From Selaginella moellendorffii (lineage: Eukaryota > Plantae > Lycopodiophyta): DNA of 5,488 nucleotides. A program made the translations under genes and the position numbers. Below are positions 1-5,488 of the stretch, one piece after another. The stretch is from NCBI RefSeq assembly GCF_000143415.4, contig NW_003314733.1, positions 1-5,488 of the forward strand, read 5' to 3'. The notes under the pieces are model-generated. The model worked only from the letters and a program-made list of their open reading frames with translations. It did not search any database and was not told the origin of the DNA. Position 1 is the first letter of the stretch. Every line of letters begins with the position of its first letter.

Positions 1-319
1 ACAAGGCGTGCTATCGCAACAATCACGGCTTTGCGAAAAATTCAGAGAGCTTCTATCCCACACAGCACCTTCTAGGAGCTTGAATTGTATCCGGCGATAT
101 AGCGTAGAGCTTCTGAACAGCTTGATGGCAAAGGACGCCAGGTTCTTGCGACGTTTTAGAGAAGACGGTGAAATGGAGGCGTCCCTGGAAGCAATGTTAG
201 CGACTGCCTCAGACGAAGAAAACTTCTTAACGTTTTCGGGTTTTGTGGGACTTATCAAGTATTCCAGCAGCATCGAGGAGCTCGTCAAGATCGCCCTATC
301 GAACTTACACAGGCTGTAG
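1..319 (+). CDS. C-terminal ~105 codons of a plant TM-ARM repeat (BLE2-like) protein; partial, truncated by the window edge
   Basis: Open frame ...QGVLSQQSRLCEKFRELL...IRRYSVELLNSLM...SDEENFLTFSGFVGLIKYSSSIEELVKIALSNLHRL*, with TAG at 317-319. Nearly identical to the C-terminus encoded at 4741-5059. Cannot tell whether a full gene lies upstream. Confidence 0.8.
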   Translation, partial: QGVLSQQSRLCEKFRELLSHTAPSRSLNCIRRYSVELLNSLMAKDARFLRRFREDGEMEASLEAMLATASDEENFLTFSGFVGLIKYSSSIEELVKIALSNLHRL

Positions 320-368
320 CTTCACCTTTTCCAAAAAAAAAGAACCTCGAATGTGTCATGCTGTTAAG

Positions 369-374
369 AATAAA
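369..374 (+). promoter_or_regulatory. Candidate polyadenylation signal (AATAAA) for ARM copy 1
   Basis: AATAAA ~50 nt after the stop codon, retained in copy 2 at 5108-5113. Confidence 0.35.
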
Positions 375-389
375 ATACAAATTCAGTTT

Positions 390-562
390 CAGCAACTTCC
401 TCACGTAAACTCTAAAAAAGAACCAAAAAAGAAGAAGCTTACTTCATAGGAGATCTGAACTCGCAGCAACTTCGCTTACGCAATTGTAATTCACTTACAG
501 AACTCTAAATAGGAAAGAAATCAACATGAAAAATAAAGCTTCCTTTACTTCATAGAAGATCT
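390..562 (+). repeat. Degenerate two-unit tandem repeat in the 3' flank (units ~390-456 and ~464-562)
   Basis: Blocks CAGCAACTT..C.(C/T)ACG, AACTCTAAA and TTACTTCATAG(G/A)AGATCT occur twice in the same order. Confidence 0.7.
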
Positions 563-726
563 CCTTTCTGAAATTGTGGTCACCACTCCACGCTGTTTTG
601 AAACTTTCCAAGCATAGAGTTCGTACTTTTCCGCTGTGACGAAAGTTACATTATTAGAATCAGAACCACGAAGAAGAAGTTTCAGGAGCAGCAAAACCTT
701 TCAAAGGATATCATCCACCGCTCGAA

Positions 727-1090
727 TTTGTGACCCACATCAAGAAGAAAGACTTCTGGAACATTTCCATCTTGCTGTTGACTGAGGGAACCCGAGTTCT
801 TGGCGGATGGACTGGCAGGAGGCAAATTACATGAATACTCTCAACATCTGCTCGCTCGTGTTCGACAGAAAGCAGGCGGCTTTCGACCATAATCAGCACC
901 CTGCACAGAATTCTAACAGTGTTACAGTTCAATTAAGCAGGATTTATACCAGGGAGTTGACGCCATGGTCTGTGGGAGTCAGGATCATCAGCCTCATTTT
1001 GTACATCCTTCAACTACTAGTCAGTGTCCCGAGGCACAAAAGGAGCTCCTCGACAACTTGATGGCAAGGGACATGAAATTCTTAGCTCGC
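727..1090 (+). pseudogene. Fragmented relic of a diverged TM-ARM (BLE2-like) paralogue
   Basis: 727-801 reads FVTHIKKKDFWNISILLLTEGTRVL (main gene: FVSNIPAKDFWTISALLLTEGTRVF). After a frameshift come DWQEANY (EWQQANY), DHNQHPAQN (DHDHSEQN), DLYQG in another frame (DLHQG), WSVG (WCVG) and RIISLILYILQL (RIISLFMYFLQL). 1043-1090 reads ELLDNLMARDMKFLAR (C-terminal ELLNSLMAKDARFLRR). Multiple frameshifts and large deletions. Confidence 0.9.
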
Positions 1091-1211
1091 AAAGAACTTG
1101 TTTCATTTCCACCATTTGCTTTTCTATACACGCAAAAAAGTGTTTAAGCTCGCCATCACCTAGCACAAAAATCACGCTCGAATATCACATGAAATGCCAA
1201 GGCTCTGTACC

Positions 1212-1839
1212 TCAATCTTCGATCAGTACGTCGTCCTTAAACACGTGGGTAGTGTGATCCACAACCTGCAAATAAAAAGAACATAAAAAAGGTCATACAA
1301 GCTCGATCGAATGATCTTACGTTGGTGTCACTGAGCTCCAAGTTGTAGAAGACCATCGAATCTCGATCACCAAAGAGAGGACCAGCGTGCCAAGTTCCTT
1401 CGTTTAGGTTGATGAAGCGAGGACCATCTATCTTGAAAACCTGGACGCTTGCATGAGAGGGAGGTAAATAGTAGTGGCCACCAGCGTTGGATCGAACAGC
1501 GCCCTCGTGTTGCGATGAAGGATCCACAATGCTGGGGGGAGAGACCGCCATGTACCAAGGATGAGCTCCCACTGATCCCAGACACTGCGTCACCCTGGCG
1601 TGATGCGTTATCCTTTTGAATCGCAGCCCCGTTTTCTTGAGCTCCATGAGGTAGAATCTGCGCAAAGGAACCATCACTCACTCAATCACTACCGAGCCGC
1701 TGGATATTTCGGCCACATTTTGCCGGCACTACCTGGGAATCCCATTCGCGAGATTGAAATTCTCCTCCGTGACCGGCACTGCTCGCAGCTTGAGCCGAGC
1801 CCTGGCAATATCGCCCAGCGCAGGAATCGAACCCAGCAT
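1212..1839 (-). CDS. Ureidoglycolate lyase/hydrolase-like (AllA-like cupin) protein, 3 exons: complement(join(1212..1265,1321..1657,1733..1839)), 165 aa
   Basis: The spliced frame (498 nt) reads MLGSIPALGDIARARLKLRAVPVTEENFNLANGIPR|FYLMELKKTGLRFKRITHHARVTQCLGSVG...YLPP...FINLNEGTWHAGPLF...FYNLELSDTN|VVDHTTHVFKDDVLIED*. The motifs GIPRFY, ITHHAxVTQCLGS, GTWHAGPLF and FYNLELSxTNVVDHT match the plant family annotated as ureidoglycolate hydrolase (recalled, not searched). Both introns are GT-AG, and an in-frame TGA (1867-1869) lies upstream of the ATG. Confidence 0.9.
1266..1320 (-). other. Intron 2 of the ureidoglycolate lyase-like gene (55 nt, phase 0)
   Basis: Minus strand GTAAGA...TTTTTATTTGCAG. 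Removal joins LSDTN to VVDHT, restoring the family motif. Confidence 0.9.
1658..1732 (-). other. Intron 1 of the ureidoglycolate lyase-like gene (75 nt, phase 2)
   Basis: Minus strand GTAGTG...CCTTTGCGCAG. Removal gives CCC AG|A TTC TAC (GIPRFY). Confidence 0.85.
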
Positions 1840-2624
1840 ACTCAACAAGGACAAACCATTCAACGGTCAATGGGTCAACGATGGTCAATTCTGGTCAACA
1901 GTGTCCAAACGACATCTATCCGCTACGGGCACTGAAACTTAAAAGTGTAGAAAGGATATAAGCTATTGTAGCAGCGAATTTATGGCAAGAGAAACTTAAG
2001 GGGACAGCAACATTCTTAGAGTTTTCTCATTTTCTTCGCTTTGTTCTTGGTTGTGGGCTATTTAATCTTTGGACTGGCAATGCACATGCCATGGTACAAG
2101 TTTAAGATGCCATCACGAGGCATTTACTATAACTATGAAGTGCATGAAAGAACTTACAGCAATATCTTAACATCCTTGTAAGCTCTCCTATAGCAATAGT
2201 CTCTTTAGAACTGTGTCACCCAAATCACACTTAGGGATGACAATGTAAGCCTCAAATTTGCACCCTACAAAACCCTGCAAAGCCCTGCAGAGGCATGTTT
2301 ATCTTGCATCTGTAAACAGCGACAGTCTCTTTATAACTGTGGCACGACATTTTGAAGTCGTCAGCAGCACACGCGTCGGCTTGCAGTGTCTTTGTCGCAA
2401 ATTGCAGCACTGTCAAACAAAGCACTCGTTTTTTATTGATTCGCTCGTGATGAGTCGCTTGAAGTGGTCCGTGCTATCATAGAACGAAAGTAGTAGTTTT
2501 CTTGCTTATGCCAGCAACATGAGAAAAGACATTCAAGCGGCTTTGAAGAAGTCGTCAATACCACGGTCACCAGGCTTAGCAAGAGCCTCCTCCTCAAATC
2601 CCCTAAACTCCTTGAACAGTAAAC
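1840..2624. promoter_or_regulatory. Divergent intergenic/promoter region (785 bp) between the two head-to-head genes
   Basis: Lies between the ATG at 1839 (-) and the ATG at 2625 (+), is more AT-rich than the CDSs and has no convincing long ORF. Contains TATAA at 2332-2336 and a CGCG-box-like ACGCGT at 2371-2376. Confidence 0.6.
1865..1898 (-). promoter_or_regulatory. Cluster of four same-orientation W-boxes (TTGACC; WRKY-binding consensus)
   Basis: GGTCAA on the + strand at 1865-1870, 1873-1878, 1883-1888 and 1893-1898, lying 26-59 nt upstream of the minus-strand ATG. The motifs are seen directly and the function is inferred. Confidence 0.6.
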
Positions 2625-5059
2625 ATGGATTCGAGGATTAGCAGAAAGCTTCAAAGGGTACAGTCTGCCGGTGCCCCCAAGAGTACCGTTCACTTTGCGG
2701 ACGAGGTAAGCATTCAAGTTCCTTCTTCCGGCCCTGCTCTCGCTTCTCCACCTTCTCCACCTTCAAGCACTAGAACCCTCAATACCAGTGAGTTGTGGCC
2801 GGATTTTTCTCCACATCCGGAAGTCGAGCAGCAGCCTTCCACTTCCAAGCCTTCAGCTCCAGAGCTGCAGCAGCTTTCCGCTCCAGTGAAAAGGAATAAT
2901 TCCCGATCACCAGAGCAGCTCAATCTGGTAGCTTTCAGGCTCGCAGTTCTTGAAAAGTTCGCCACTGGCCTCGGGAAACTGGCCTTCGTCTGGGCAACTG
3001 TTGTTCTCCTCGGTGGATTCGTGAGCAACATTCCGGCCAAAGACTTTTGGACGATCTCGGCCTTGCTGCTGACTGAAGGAACGCGGGTTTTCAGTCGAAG
3101 TAGCGAGTTGGAATGGCAGCAGGCAAATTACAGCTTGGGAATTCTCGGCTTCAGATCGTTCCTGTTCGACAAGAGCGCCAGATTATGGGAGAAGTTCTCT
3201 GGAGTCTTGGACCATGACCACTCTGAACAGAACGTGAGTAGAGATCGACTTTCCAAAAAACCAGTAAACAAAGATTTACACCAGGGATTCGCTGGCAGAA
3301 GAATTTGGTGCGTGGGAAGCGCGTATGTAAAGTTCCTCCCCACCAGGATCATCAGCCTTTTCATGTACTTCCTCCAGCTTGCTTCTGCAACAGTCACCGC
3401 ATGTTTCTCAGTATATCGACTTGCCGAGCACGGCTTCAATGCCCAAGGAAACAACACTGAGCAAGCACTTACGGTGTTTTACGCGATGATGCTGGCAGAA
3501 ACGTCGCTATTCCTCCTGGAGAGAACATATTGGGAATTCAAGCTTCGTTACCAGAGGTTGCTGGAAGTAGTCACTCTAACGTGTGAGCTTGATCAAGACG
3601 ACATTGAAACCATGAAGCAGTACTGGTACACATTGTACTCACGATCGCTGAACGGAAGCGTGTTTGATGGCCTGGGAATGGACCTTATCGATTTCACCGT
3701 CGAGAAGCTGCAGTCAAGCATAAGGGAAGAGCAGCTCGGTAGCGTCAAAATACTGTCAGCTCTTGTCTCAAAAGGAGATTCAATGGAAGAAACGCAACGG
3801 AGGATTGGTACCACGCCCGGAGTTGTGGAGAGACTCTTAGAGATGATCACCTGGAAGGATCTTAGTGAGGCCGAAATCAGGAAAGCTGCAACCATGGTAA
3901 TCAAGCACCTGGTTCGTCACAGCCATAACTGCTTCAGGATTTCCGCTATCCCTGGATCCCTGGAGGCCCTCACTGCTCTTTTACCCGAAAGACAGGAGGA
4001 AGTGCTAGAAGTCCTCAACAGGCTAGCCGTGGATTACAGGACATGCGTGCGAATCGGTCACACCAGCGGACTTATCTCCATCCTGGTTGAATTTATCCAA
4101 GACGAAGTACGACGTCGAAAGAAGTATTCCGTCAATCACTCGAGCTTTTGAAGACATTGGNNNNNNNNNNNNNNNNNNNNNNNNNNNNNNNNNNNNNNNN
4201 NNNNNNNNNNNNNNNNNNNNNNNNNNNNNNNNNNNNNNNNNNNNNNNNNNNNNNNNNNNNNNNNNNNNNNNNNNNNNNNNNNNNNNNNNNNNNNNNNNNA
4301 GCAACCGAGGACGAGCTTAGAGATTGCATTGGCGCGACTGGAGGAGTTATCCAAAGCTTGATGGCCATATTTGCGAGAGAAACCGCACCAAACAGCGACC
4401 ACTTGACCATCGCCATGAAAGCCGGGGAAGCCATAATTGTGCTCGTTCTCCAGTGTCCAAACAATTGCTCGAGGCTCCTCATGCACAAAAGCTACAGACA
4501 AGGTGGCGTTAGCAAGACCCTCAAGAACTTGATCAACATGCTCACCAAGCCAGTTGGAGTCCATGCAGCCACAATTTTGCGAAGCTTGTGCGGTGACCTT
4601 AACGACGAAGAAAAGTTGGAGCTTGGAGCAGCCATATCTCCCATCATCCAGATGGTGCTGGAATCCACGGACAAGGAACAGCAGGCAGCCATCGGTTTGG
4701 CAGCAGCCATAATCCCCTGGCTCGACACACGTAACTTTGAACAAGGCGTGCTATCGCAACAATCACGGCTTTGCCAAAAAATCACAGAGCTTTTATCCCA
4801 GACAGCACCTTCTAGGAGCTTGAATTGTATCCGGCGATATAGCGTAGAGCTTCTGAACAGCTTGATGGCAAAGGACGCCAGGTTCTTGCGACGTTTTAGA
4901 GAAGACGGTGAAATGGAGGCGTTCCTGGAAGCAATGTCAGCGACTGCCTCAGACGAAGAAAACTTCTTAACGTTTTCGGATTTTGTGGGACTTACCAAGC
5001 ATTCCAGCAGCCTCGAGGAGCTCGTCAACAGCGCCCTATTGAACTTACACAGGCTGTAG
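2625..5059 (+). CDS. Plant transmembrane + ARM-repeat superfamily protein (BLE2-like), ~810 aa if repaired; apparent frameshift at ~4091-4130 and N-gap at 4161-4299
   Basis: ORF 2625-4151 has a Ser/Pro-rich N-terminus, then LEKFATGLGKLAFVWATVVLLGGF...DFW.....LLTEGTRVFSRSSELEWQ (recognised family signature), about four hydrophobic segments and ARM-like helices (RRIGTTPGVVERLLEMITWK). A shifted frame gives RQSLELLKTL, runs across the gap to LRDCIGATGGVIQSLMAIF...AGEAIIVLVL...ENFLTFSDFVGLTKH and ends at TAG 5057-5059. No intron is needed in the visible sequence. Confidence 0.88.
4161..4299. other. Assembly gap / masked stretch (139 N)
   Basis: Run of n. Its length keeps the frame at 4148 in phase with the frame at 4301. 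Confidence 0.99.
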
Positions 5060-5488
5060 CTTCACCTTTTCCAAAAGAAAGAGCCTCGAATGTGTCATGC
5101 TGTCAAGAATAAAATATAAATTCAGTTTCAGCAACTTGCTCACGTAAACTCTAAAAAAGAAAGAAAAAAATCAATCAACATCCAAAGAAGAAGAAGGTTA
5201 CTTCATAGGAGATTTGAACTCGCAGCAACTTCGCTCACGCAATTGTAATTCACTAACAGAACTCTAAATAGGAAAGAAAACATTAATCAACATGAAAAAT
5301 AAAGCTTCCTTTACTTCATAGAAGATCTCCTTTCTGAAATTGTGGTCACCACTCCACGCTGTTTTGAACTTTCCAAGCATAGAGTTCGTACTTTTCCGCT
5401 GTCACGAAAGTTACATTATTAGAATCAGAACCACGAAGAGGTGAATACAAGAAGTTTCATGAGCAGCAAAACCTTTCAAAGGATATCA
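4741..5488 (+). repeat. Direct repeat copy 2 (partner of 1-713)
   Basis: See copy 1. This copy is 35 nt longer because of short extra segments near 5160-5190, 5280-5287 and 5440-5450. Confidence 0.97.
5129..5328 (+). repeat. Degenerate two-unit tandem repeat (units ~5129-5213 and ~5223-5328)
   Basis: CAGCAACTT(C)GCTCACG / AACTCTAAA / AATCAACAT / TTACTTCATAG(G/A)AGAT repeated twice in order. Confidence 0.72.

Larger units (their letters stand above)
1..713 (+). repeat. Direct repeat copy 1 (3' end of ARM-repeat gene + downstream flank); partner of 4741-5488
   Basis: Both copies start ACAAGGCGTGCTATCGCAAC and end GAGCAGCAAAACCTTTCAAAGGATATCA. By eye there are 14 substitutions in the first 319 nt (~96% identity) and several short indels in the non-coding part. 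The true outer boundaries may lie outside the window. Confidence 0.97.

Noticed and set aside
390-562. CRISPR-like or ncRNA array
   Set aside because: Only two degenerate, A-rich units with no constant repeat-spacer structure, in a eukaryotic context.
807-1147. ORFs 807-1061 and 965-1147 as independent small genes
   Set aside because: They are frameshifted pieces of the ARM relic.
1237-1677. 146-aa single-exon ORF as the real protein
   Set aside because: Both ends read into introns. The spliced model restores the GIPRFY and TNVVDHT motifs.
1721-1780. Palindrome TGCCGGCA and repeated CCGGCACT around the exon 1/intron 1 boundary
   Set aside because: Only 8 nt, expected by chance in GC-rich sequence.
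1600-1942. Plus-strand ORFs 1600-1935 and 1754-1942
   Set aside because: Antisense to the cupin gene, with no recognisable domain.
4100-4130. Programmed -1 ribosomal frameshift
   Set aside because: No canonical X XXY YYZ slippery heptamer. A gap-edge error or simple mutation is more parsimonious.
2714-5028. Minus-strand ORFs of 100-200 aa (2714-3040, 3128-3457, 3593-3904, 4132-4488, 4136-4744, 4492-5028)
   Set aside because: Antisense shadows of the ARM CDS with no recognisable motifs. Some are inflated by the N run.
1-5488. LTR retrotransposon / TRIM / LARD with LTRs at 1-713 and 4741-5488
   Set aside because: Termini are AC...CA (TG...GT on the minus strand) rather than TG...CA. There is no PBS or polypurine tract next to the repeats and no gag/RT/integrase, and the repeat is in-frame host coding sequence.

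Overview
Gene-dense eukaryotic DNA, most likely from a land plant. The 55- and 75-nt introns and compact spacing suggest a lycophyte such as Selaginella, which is an inference. The window is bounded by a ~0.72-kb direct repeat (1-713 / 4741-5488) made of the 3' end and downstream flank of a plant transmembrane + ARM-repeat (BLE2-like) gene, so it reflects a recent segmental duplication rather than an LTR element. In order it contains: (1) the 3' end of one ARM-gene copy; (2) a deletion-riddled relic of an older, more diverged ARM paralogue (~727-1090); (3) a 3-exon minus-strand ureidoglycolate lyase/hydrolase-like cupin gene (1839->1212) with an apparent in-frame N-terminal deletion and four W-boxes just upstream of its ATG; (4) a 785-bp divergent intergenic region; (5) a near-complete ~810-aa TM-ARM gene (2625-5059) interrupted by an apparent frameshift near 4091-4130 and a 139-N assembly gap.
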